A stretch of DNA of 64,000 nt from Narcine bancroftii (lineage: Eukaryota), in the NCBI RefSeq assembly GCF_036971445.1, contig NC_091480.1, positions 20,956,001 through 21,020,000 of the forward strand. The letters are read 5' to 3'. Below, in pieces: positions 23,856 through 35,800 of this stretch. The notes beneath the pieces are model-generated. The model made no database searches. It was not told the DNA's origin and was given only the letters and a program-made list of their open reading frames with translations. Numbering within the stretch: position 1 is the stretch's first letter; every line of letters begins with the position of its first letter. The position numbers and the translations under genes are program-made.

Positions 23856-26800
23856 CTAAAAAGAAATATGGAGAAATTGTTACATGGATGGAATATCTTG
23901 CCATGATTTCACCCAGAGTCCTGTTGTCTTTTTGTTTTAACATTTGTTCATTGGGAAGAATAAAAGAAAGTCGAAAGCTTCTGATAAATAATCAACTCAA
24001 AATTCCAATGGTTGGTTCTGCACTCTTGAAAAGAACCAGCTGTGAGAATCAGTACTGGGTCTTGTGCTTTCAGGTTTCATTTGAATCCAATTGGTATTTT
24101 GAAACAACTTTGCATCACATTGGTCAAACGTGACAATAGATTTTAAATGAGCAAGTGCACATCATTTCACAGCTATCACAAATGTAAAAATGAAAGATCA
24201 GGCCTATCACTACTGCAGTATAACACTAAGTTAATTTGAATATTATTTATTTCTCAATCAATTAAAAAGCTTAAACACTCTTGGCTACAATTAGTGTAAG
24301 AAAGTTATGTGTCTATACAATATTACAGGATGAGGAACAGGGATAGAACATAAATCCTCTAAGGTGAAACTTATTGCACAACTAGGTTCTCAAGTCTAAA
24401 GTCATTTGTGCAGATCATGAATCGATCTGCTATTTCTACCAATGTGTTGAAATATCTTAAAAATTATTGAAGGGTAAGTTCCAATTTTTTGTGAGAGCAA
24501 AGAACAAACAACATTAAATTACTTATAAGTTAATCACAAAAATCTATAGATACTGTGGTTGAAGTAAAAACATAAAATGCTGGAGAAACTCAGCTGGTCA
24601 AACAGTGTCTTTTATGTAGCAAAGTTAGAAATACATAACTGACGTTTCGGGCTTGAGCCCTTCATCAAGGCATGAGAGAATGTCGTCGGGCATCCAAACA
24701 GCCCCCTCAGCATCTTCCACTGTGGCTTCAGAAGGTGCAACACACACCTCGTCCCTCACCACGGTCCGGGGGCTCAAACAGGCCTTTCAAATGAAGGAAC
24801 CCTTCACTTGTATTTCCACAGGACTTTGTGGTGTTCTCTACATCGGAGAAACCAGGTCGTAGATTGGAAGATCGCTTCGCTCAGCACCTCCTCTCCATCC
24901 ACTACAACAGTGACCTCCCAGTAGCCAACCATTTCAATTCTGAGTCACGCTCTCAAGTTCACATGTCTGTCCATAGCCTTATAAACTTCCCCACCCTGAC
25001 CACCCACAGATTAGAGGAACAATGTCTTATTTTCAACCTGAGCACTCTCCAGTCAGATGGCCTTAACATGGACTTCTCCGCTTTCTGTTAAACTTTGTTA
25101 GGTCTGCTTTGTTCATGAATGAGTGAGTCAGACACCAGACTGAGTCGAAATCAAGGTTCTTTGTTCTTTATTACCGGATTGTAACACTTGCAACTAACAG
25201 TGTTAGTTGGAGAAGGCGCATTCTGCCGTTATCAGCAAGTGGTGTTTTTTATACCTCAGGATACGTACTTAGTAAATTATCATACCATGACATTGTCCAA
25301 TGAATAAACTGTTGCTATCCTTCTCTTAGTCTGCTGCACATCATTCTTGTTAGTGCAAAGCTTATCTTGAGTGTACAAGGTCACATCTGCATTCTGTTAC
25401 TCCTTAGTACTGGGTGACTCCTTCTCCGGTCCCATCTCATGATGTTTTTACCTTGCAACTTGCTCACCTTTTCTTTTCCCTCCCCCTTTCCAGTTCTCCC
25501 CTCCCAGTCATCTCTCCTCCCCTTCATTGCTGCTGCCTCCTCCCTCCACTTTCCACTTATCATTTGCCTTTACCATCCCCCCTCGGCCGCCTGCCGACAT
25601 TCTTTCATACCTTGATGAAGGGCTCGAGTCCCTTCGCTACATAAAGGACACTGTTTGACCTGTTGAGCTTCTCCAGCATTTTGTGCTTTTACATTAAGTT
25701 ACTTTGTTTTGTACAAGTGTTTAAGTAGGTTTGTAAATTATAAATGCCTTAGATTGATTATTAAAGTAAAGGACCGAATATTTTCCAGATGTTAACTTTG
25801 ACGAGAATCAATATTATTTGATAGAATTCCTTGTTCAAATGAATCAAATGCACATAGCGTTAATATTTGGCTTTTGTAGAAGAAACACAAATATTTAATC
25901 AGGTGCAGTTTTATTCAAGTGGACCTTAACATAGCAGTTCGTCTGACTGTTATTCAAAACCTAGTCCATTGGTTGAAGACTTTGGCATGCATCTCAACCT
26001 CAAACGAGTTTTCCCTTTTCCATGTCAGGTTGCCTTTTATTGTACTGCACATTTCTGCTTTACCCCACCCCTCCAACCGCCACCACTGTAACCTAGCATG
26101 TTCATTTCACTAAATTGTATTACCATTTCTAGAGTGTGCTTTCCGTTGGCTTCCAAACCCTGCAGACACAAAGCTTGGTCCAGAATACATAAGCTGCAAT
26201 TTCTTCAATATAAAGTCTCTCACCTTCACAAATCTCATGCTTGTCAATTGTCATAAGGAATGGTTTTTCCTATGCCAGCGGGTAAATAACTTGAAACAAA
26301 ATAAAGACACAGAAACACAGCCAGCAAAGCTGCCTCATCGGAATGCAAGAGACACAGGTTCAATTCTTACTGTTAACTCCTGTGCTTTGATTACAAGTCC
26401 TTGGTCTCTCCAAACTGTGCTTAGATCAGTGGTTCTCAATCTTTTTCTTTCCACTCACACTCACATACCACTTTAAGTAATCCCTATGCCATCGGTACTC
26501 TGTGATTAGTAAGGGATTGCTTAAGGTGGTATGTGGGTGGAAAGAAAAAGTTTGAAAACTACTTGTTTTAATTGTACCTAATTGACTCGTTATGTGCACA
26601 GTTTCACAACTCCAAAGGAAATGGGTCAATGACAATTTTTCTCAAGCAAAATATTTCAGTAACATTTGGGTCTAGAGCAGTGATTCTCAACCTTCCCTTC
26701 CCACTCACATAACACCTTAAGCAATCCCTTACTAATCACAGAGCACCGATGGCAATAGGGATTACTTAAAGTGGTATGTGAGTGGAAAGAAAAAGGTTGA

Positions 26801-29800
26801 GAACCATTGGTTAGGTGCTCTTTTCTTTACACTTCTCAATTTGATTACCAACAACTTTAAGAATCCTCTCTCTGACCTATTCCTAATTTGTTTTGCTCCC
26901 CTTCTGTATTCACTATTTCCAAAATGTTGAAACATCTAACTCTCGAGATGAGAAATGTTATTTGCTCAGACATTGGTCAACCTGATCTATAAATACCTTG
27001 TGCTCACCTTGGTGCTAGTCCTTAACCCTTTCGATGCTGCATTGCTCCCAGTGACCTTGAGTGCTCAGTCTGGGACTGTTCTGTGAGTGGAAGAGGCCAT
27101 CGGTGACAACTAAGTCTCTAGGTTCCACTCCCAGCATGGCTGTGACAGACTTTGACAACTAATGCTGTCAAATTCCTGTTTCACTCTCTTTAAATAGCTC
27201 TGATAATCTGTTACTTAAAACAGCTAAAATTCACATAAATAATTAAAATTTCACAATTATTAAGCAATAAATTGAAAATATATTTCAAAACACACAAACC
27301 ACAGTTTATGCGTGATAAAGAAAATGTTTTTTAAAATGTAGCCAGCCATTTAAATGGAGGTTAAGAGTATGTCTGGCCCCTTTTAAATTCTTACAGTTAA
27401 AAAAATCTGTCAAATTGAAAGATTATTCAGAGCTATAAATTTGAAGGGGCAAGCTATTAAAAGCAACAGTAAATGTCTCACTTTTTGTGAAGACTATTCC
27501 ATCATAATTTGGCACAGTTTTATGACATCATTTATCACCTAATTTGAATGAGACAATTATTAGTGTAGCACTAGGCCATCTCATGTTGGGCCCTCTGCCT
27601 TGAGACCAGCTATGGAGCGGATGGAAAAATGGGAACACTGTTCAGACCGCAGCCCTAAAAGGCTGATCCAGCGTCCCATTCAAAGGAGAGGTGCCTCGGA
27701 GCCCCATGGATGTGGGCCGACTGCTGCCGCTGCTCCACCCGCCGACATGACATCATTGAAGTGTGCCGAAGAAGAAGAGCCCTATGCTGGATCATGGCAG
27801 CCCCAGAGCAGGCAAGGCAAATGTTTATGATGTTCTCAGCCTGTCTTGGTGTTCAGAATGAGATCCAGCACATCCTCGGAAAGGCCATCAATGCCATTAA
27901 AACTCTGATAAAAATTGTGCTCCTGCGTCTCAGGCTGATGACGTCAATGCAACGCCCCCAAACAGCCGCTTAGCGTGGCTGCCCATTCAAATCGATCAGC
28001 GGAGGGCTGTGCTACAAAGATTATCCCTCTTGGAGAGGGGTTGGAATATGCGGCTCGGAGACCACCTCCGCACATTCAGAATGGTAGGTGATTATGCGTT
28101 TTGGTGGAACTTCTCCGCCTTTATATCTCAACTTTTGGGCTTTCTGAAATGGTAAGCCTTTGACTGATTATAACCAAACTAGCAGAGGAAATATAAACAC
28201 CCCATAAATGGTTTAATGAACTATTTGTCAACTTTAAAAATTACAAACCTAATAATATTTTAGGAAGCAGCTTTCAACTTGAAGGGGCAAGCTATTAAAA
28301 GCAACAGTAAATGTCTAACTTTTTGTGAAGACTATTCCATCATAATTTGGCACAGTTTTATGACACCATTTATTACCTAATTTGAATGAGACAATTATTA
28401 GTGTAGCACTAGGCCATCTCATGTTGGGCCCTCTGCCTTGACACCAGCTATGGAGCGGATGGAAAAATGGGAACACTGTTCAGACCGCAGCCCTAAAAGG
28501 CTGCTCCAGCGTCCCATTCAAAGGAGAGGTGCCTTTAATTCTTAAAGCCTTACCTCTTAGAGATCAAGGTGTGTGATAAACATGCCGGTGCAAATACAGC
28601 TCTGAAACAGAAATGATTTAAATTATCAACATAGGCATAATATCTACATCCACTAAACACTAAAATCTATTTCAGAACCATGTTAAATCATTTGGAATGA
28701 AATTATTTTACATGCATTGTGTCTAACTTAAACAAATCTTGCAGATTTTTCAATGGACTAACTTAACCTTTGACTATTTTCTAGCACCAGGAACATTTTT
28801 TTTCAAATCCTGGCAACAGCAAATGACTATTTTAAAAGTGTTTGCTAAATCTTTGGTTGAATACTTTGTGTTGTTTCATTCCTGTCTGACTGAGTTGCAA
28901 CAAAGTCTACATCAGGCTTTGAGAATATAACCCAGGCTGACAATTCATTACAACTGCAGTGCCTCAATGTAGAAGGAGTCATTCTTCAGATGAGAATGTT
29001 CAATTGTGCTGACCTTCCTATTCTGTTTGCTTAAGTGGACAGAACAAGGCTCACAGCACCTTACAAAAGATCAGTAAGTTTTCCCATTTTCCTGAACAAC
29101 ATTTCGCCTGTCGATATTTCTTTTTTAAAAACAAATTTGGTCGATCATTCGTCTATCACTGCTGGAATACAGTGACTGTCAATGAGTGTCAAACTAACAG
29201 CAATCCCTTCACTTCGGAATTTATTTTAGAATATGAAATGCTTTGAGAAATCTCACTGTGACAGCCATAATGTAAAATTAATATCTGTCTGGAATTTCAG
29301 TAATTACGGGAGTGTGAATTTTTCATCTCGTCTCTGTGATCGAGTGGATTTGGGAAAATAATGCAGGGTATGTTAGATTTTAATGGTGAAATAGTTTCTA
29401 GTTTCCTCTACTGCATTAATGGAAAATATTTTGACTGAGCAACATGTCAGAAATGTAACAGATCAATTGTCAGTTTAGTTGCATTATCTTTTCTCAAAAA
29501 TTGACATGTTCTTCATTCTTATTTTCAGTAGATTGAAATCTAAAATTCACAATTAAGTTCTTGAAACAATGTTATATTATTTCTTTGTTCATCATTTGCT
29601 TTGTTTTAAATAAATAAATGTCACAGCTAACTAGGAGTAAAATTAACCATAAAAATTATTTGAAAATAATAATGACCACACTATTTTTCGAAACCCTATT
29701 TTTAATCCACACACATATAAATACACACACATCTGTGGTCAGGTTACTTGTTTGAGTGCTACTGGTACCATGTAACCCAGTACTACCTGTTGCATGGTTG

Positions 29801-32800
29801 GGTGGTTGGCGACTAAACTGTTGCCCCCCCCCCCCCACCCCACTAGACTTGCCTGGTGCGGAGGGCGGCTAGACACCCTGCAGGATGAAAAACAAGATCT
29901 GTCAAAGGGCGGACAACCCCTCTCGTAGGGTCAACGGCCATCTAGCAAACACGTGCAGTGAAGCACTGAAAGGGCATCCCTTGCATCAAACCTTGGTCTG
30001 GCCATTCACTGCAACCGAACTTCCCCCAGTCATCTTGGTCCTCACCGTGCCGGTGAAATCTGGGAGGGGATGTCGAGAGGGTGGGGCTGAACCTGTGCAA
30101 TCCCTACTCATGTAAATCCATTCACGCACAGGCTGAGGAGTGGGGTATCCTCATATCAAATCCCACAAACTGACTGAAAGGAACCATCATCATCCTATGG
30201 GATGGAGAGCCAGAAAAGAATATACATTCATACACATACATACATAATCCTTCTTTTATCACTGTGCAAATTTGATAAGAAGAATTAATTAGAGCAAATG
30301 GTGACTATCCGTAAAAATTGCATTTACTTGTCAACTATTCATGTGACATTTATAGCAGACAGAATTACATGTCTAATAAAAAAGAATATGTGTTTATCTT
30401 TAAGTCTGCAAATAATTAATCCAGACATTTATGGTAATTCTGTACACTTTGAGAATGATGGAGTAATATGATATCACACTGAGCTACAGATTATTATTTA
30501 TTAGTTAGATTGATAATTTGGAATGGTTACATTTTAGAATCTTCTAATGAATCTGATAATTGCAGATCTCAATCTATCTGAGAACATATTGTCTTCATTT
30601 AATATGTAAAAACATTGACATTTCAATCCAGAACAATGCAAATTTCTACAGGTGTACTGTGGAATGCATTGTGACTGGTTGTATCACTGTCTGGTATGGA
30701 GGACAGGAAAAGGCCACAGAGCGGTATGAACTCGGCTAGCGCCATCTTGGGCAATAGTATTCACTCCATTGAGGACATCTACAAGAGACAGTGTGTCAAG
30801 AAAGCAGCCTCCATCATCCATGTCCCTCACCATCCAGGCTATTCACTCTTCTCACTGCTGCCATTAGGAAGGAGGTACAGGAGCCTGAAGATGATCACCC
30901 AACGGTACAAAACAGCTGCTTCCCGTCCGCCAAGAGATTTCTGAATGGAGAATGAACCACAGACACTACCTCATCTTTTCTCCTTTTTTTGCTCTAATTT
31001 TTAAAAAATGTAGTTTATTGTCATTTTGCCCCTGTGGCACTGCCGCCAAACAACGAATTTCACGACACACGTTCATGACAATAAATTCTGATTCTGATTC
31101 CTTAAAAGAGCCAGCAGTGGTGTTTTCTATGATAAATCAATATTACTTTACACCATTGCCACTCCAAAGTTAAAAATGAGCCGACATTGATTTTGCCAGA
31201 GTCAATATTACCATAATCTGGAATAGTTTTCCAGGTTTCACTCCAATAAGTCAAAACTTCTGAACGTAAGGGATTTGAATACCTATTTCTCCTAGTAACT
31301 TTTTCTCACGATTACTTTCTCAAAGAGAATTTCAGTTACAAATGCCTTGCGTGGCACAAGGATATTCTCACGGCAAAAGTTGTCAGAGTGTGTCACCCCT
31401 ATTCATGCTTGTTGGTGTTTTTAGTATACTAACAACTGAGCTCTCTGTCACAGAGCATGTGGTACTATACACATGTTTTAGCATGTTCCAGGGATCACTG
31501 AATTCATGCCTGCATGGAATAGAATTCCATCCAGTACAGAGGACTCTTGAAAAAATAGGTAAATGTTTCAAGTTAAATTTAATAATATTAAGTTTCCAAA
31601 ACTAAAGTATACAAGGATCAGAAGCTTCCATCAAGCTGTCTCTATCCATGTTCAACAGTTAGTCCAATGGTGATAAAAATCTTAGGCTTCTCTATTATAG
31701 ATACAATCTGAAAGCAACTCCCATGTAAAACATAAGCATTGCACTGCGCAGGGAAGTGCAAATATAGATAGCAGCTCTTTAAAAATAAAGACATGAATGT
31801 CTTGGATGCAGGAAGTTAAAGGATTTGTCAAAAAAAAATATTTTCTGCACCTGTTATTACATTGGGCGTAGAGAGGCTGTCTTTTAAAAACATAATGTAC
31901 TTACGATACATCTCGCAAAGAATTTCTGAGGTCTCTGCCCAAATTTTGGATGTAGTTCCATTGGGTTTCGGTAAGGGAATGGCTTCCTAGTTGAATATTC
32001 TCCATTTTTAGCTGCTCCTCATCAAACAGCCACTGTACCACAAAGACTGGCGCTGAAAAGGAACTCCACAAGTTATGGTGACTCATTTAACCAGACGGAA
32101 ATTCATAATGGTATTATGTTCAAAGTTCTATTTACATTTTAAGGATGAATAAATCCTGTAGCCAAAGAAACACTGCCATTCATCTCCCCGTCTGAATTGC
32201 TGTTTGCATCTTTCAGGAATAACACCATTCCACAACCTGCACAGAAATCTCTCATTAGCTCTTTGGAAATTTACTTCAGAATCTTATTTGATATTTTGCA
32301 CTGCAAAATACCAGCCATTTTAATCTAATTAAAAACACCACTTTCCTAATCACACCCATAATTTAATTGGCTTATAAATCTTAGACATCCAATAAAACTT
32401 CCCTCCCCCTCAACATTTCAAGAGTTGAAATCCTAAGACTAATAGAAGTGTGTTTCATCTCCCTCAAGGTTTCTGTTTCTCCGTTAGAAAAATGTGGCAA
32501 AGACCACATTGCACAAGGTTGCAGAAGTTCCAAGGAAATTCTTCAATGTTTTCTGAACTGACAAATAGCTTCCTTGAGGAAGAGGGACCTACACATCAAA
32601 GATTTACTGAGTTATCTTTTTAGGATTGATGTGCAACCTTACAACATAAAGCCAGCTTTAATCCAATCAAAGGTAGGATTATACACATGTCTAATCGGGG
32701 GGGGGGGAAGAGGGAGGCATTAGGGGAATCGCAGGGAGATGGGGCGGCACAAACTGACGTATGAAAGTTCACTCAGTGGGGGGGGGGGGGGTTGGTGTTG

Positions 32801-35800
32801 GTGATGTCCAACCTGCTATGAAGTTCCTCTGTGTACCGCCATCACACTTCCCCCTCCCTCTGACATGACAGGCAAACACACATGCTTGTAGCATCTGGAG
32901 ACGAAACCATGTGACGCTAGTGCTGCAGGTGGGTGGGGGGTGCACAATAACTCATTTGGAGGGGGCATGGCCCACGAATGTCCCCCATGACACTGAGCCT
33001 GTTTAATATACAGTACAGTATACACATTGTATCTATCAGAGATAATAAGCAATAGTAAAATTTGCTGCAAATGTATTGTTCATGAAAATTCATTGTCAAA
33101 ATCAAGTGGTTTTTATAGAATACACATGAACATTTGCTGCACTTTCAATTTAAATTTAGATATACAGCCCACTAGCCCATGCAGCCCAATTACACCCAAT
33201 TAACCTACAACCCCTGTGCATTTGAAGGGTGGGAGGAAACTGGACCACTCAGAGGAAGCCCACACAGACCCAAGGAGGACATACAAACTCCTTACAGACA
33301 GTGCCAGATTCGAACACAGGTCGCTGGCGCTGTAACAGCGTTGTGCTAACCACTACACTAACCGTCGCGCCCTTTGTGAGAATTCAAATTGGCAAACCGG
33401 GATACACTTTGCCTCACACTTGATGAGTGCCTGATCTGGGGAGGGCACCAATTTACATAGGTAAAGAGGGCAAATTAGAGACCACATAGTTGTTCTGTTG
33501 GACTCACATGTTTAATACCAGCAAGTTAGAAATATTATTATCAGTTCTACTTGCCGGTCACAGAAAACATTAAGATTGGCCACGTTCTGCAACCTGAATA
33601 TTAAAGAGAATTTTAAGTGCATTTGAAATGATGTGGTTGGTGCCTGATGCTTAAGTGTAATGTTGAATATTAGGTTGTGCTCCTGTTCCTCACAGCTCAT
33701 AAGACACATAAACAAAAGAAAATTTTATCATTCGATTAACAATGACTTTCAGTTTAAAGGCAGTTGTTTTTGTTGACTGGCAGCCAATCACCTCAAGCAC
33801 CCGACCTACTCCACAAATTCCTCAGTTAATTTTGGTAAGAAACTTCAAGCAACTGAAAGATTCTCCTTTGCAACAGGCAGAGGATTAGAGTGCTTCTGCT
33901 ATATATCTCTATGCCAGGTCGGACATTGTTGCTTTTCATATTGGATCCTTGGGCACAGGCAAGAACTAATTTCATGACCTTTCACATTTTAAAATTGAGT
34001 CATTATATGGTCTTTGAGTGAACACTGGGAAGTGAATATACCAAATTTTGGACACCATTTTCTTTCACCTGTGGTAAATGTTCTTCGTACCCTTAACTGG
34101 CTGTTTGTTTCTCTTTCGCTCACACAGGTTCCTACTTATTGCTATTGTTTCTGAATTCCTTTCATTGACATTTTCTCTGGCTGGGGCATGGAAGAGGAAG
34201 GAGCTAAGATGTTTGTAGGAAATTTGCTTTCTCCTTGTGCATATAAAAGTAAGAAATAAAAATATCCCACACATCAGTTGGATTTTGGTGTGATCGTCAG
34301 ACAGATCTTTAGAGTCATCTTGATTCTCAGCTGCCTTTCCATTCGGCACAACATTGGACATGAATCCATAGCCTTCCCACATACTATACATATACAATGA
34401 ATTAATCTTATGTTAAGAATTGTTATTTGCGCATACTTAAATTTAAAAAACCTACAATAATTTAATTAACAATAATTAATTATTGCCCAGCACCTAATTC
34501 TACTAAATGACACTACTGAATCTTGAAAGACAATTAATGTGGTTGTGGTTTACCTGAGTCCTTTTTTAATGACATAAGTTGGACTACAGGAAGTTACATC
34601 TGTGCATTCATTCTGCCGTGGTGGTTTATTGTCCAGGAACCAGCCAGAGTCTACCAAGCCCCTGACCTGCGCATCAGCACCCAACTGTGTCAGAAGATTA
34701 GCAATTCGCTCAATGTTCAGCAACACTCCAGTTCCACCAGCACTGCAATAAGATTACATAGTTTAAGGCCGGCAAATCTTAAAGCATATTTAATATTACT
34801 TCAATCCGTCAACCTAACTTTCAGTTGTTAGGTTGAGAACTCTATTCCTGCAAACGTTTCTTTCCGTTCAAGCTTCTGACCAATTGATCAGGTTAACAAA
34901 TTAGAACTGTTCATCTAATCTTGGCTTCTATTGAACTTTACAACATTCAGGAATTCAAGCTGCCATGCAGTGTCCTAGTCAGGGACATCTTGATGATTAA
35001 TTTTGCTTCAAGTTCAAATCCACCAAGGGAGCCTTGCAATTATCTGCAATGCTGTAAGCTGCAGACATGGAGAATAATTTAATCCATTAATGAGTGAAGC
35101 ATCATCAAATTTGGACACTAAAACCAAATAAACCAGTTCATGGGATATCATGGCTTGCAATCTCTCACACACGAGAGAATGGATGCAGACATCGTATGTG
35201 AATAAATCAAAATGTTTTGGCTGTCATGGTTACCATAGCAGTTAGCACAATGCTGTTACAGTGCCATCGCCAGGGATTCAAATCCAACGCTGCTTGAAAG
35301 GAGTTTGCGCGTTCTCCCCATGTCTGCATGGATTTCCTCCAGTTTCCTCGCACTTCAAAATGTACGGGGGTTGTATATTAAATGGTTGTAATTGGGTTGC
35401 ATGGGCTTGTGGCCCGAAAGGGCCTGTTCCCACGCTGTATGTCAAAAAAAAGTAAGAAATAATCTCTTGAAAATCATATGTCCCAAGGCTAGAAGAATTA
35501 CATTTTAAAAAAAAATTATAGTTAGAGACACAGCATGATCGTACATTTTGGAAGGTGGGATGAAACCAGTGTGCCCAGAGCAAACCCACTCAGACATGGT
35601 GAGAACGTACAAACTCCTTCCCGACAGTGCCAGATTCGAACCCAGGTCACTTGCACTGTAATATTGTCACGTTGACGATGACAGTAACTGTGCTGCCCCA
35701 AGAAAGATTGTTCATTCATTGACAGAGCAGCAAATGGGAATAGATTGAGGGATTTCTTTTTTTTTGTGGGAAATAGTCAAAAGGAACATAAAACAGGAAC

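Noticed and set aside
33290-33372. tRNA-like A/B box sequences here and in sister copies
   Set aside because: Heads of tRNA-derived SINEs, not tRNA genes; no complete cloverleaf
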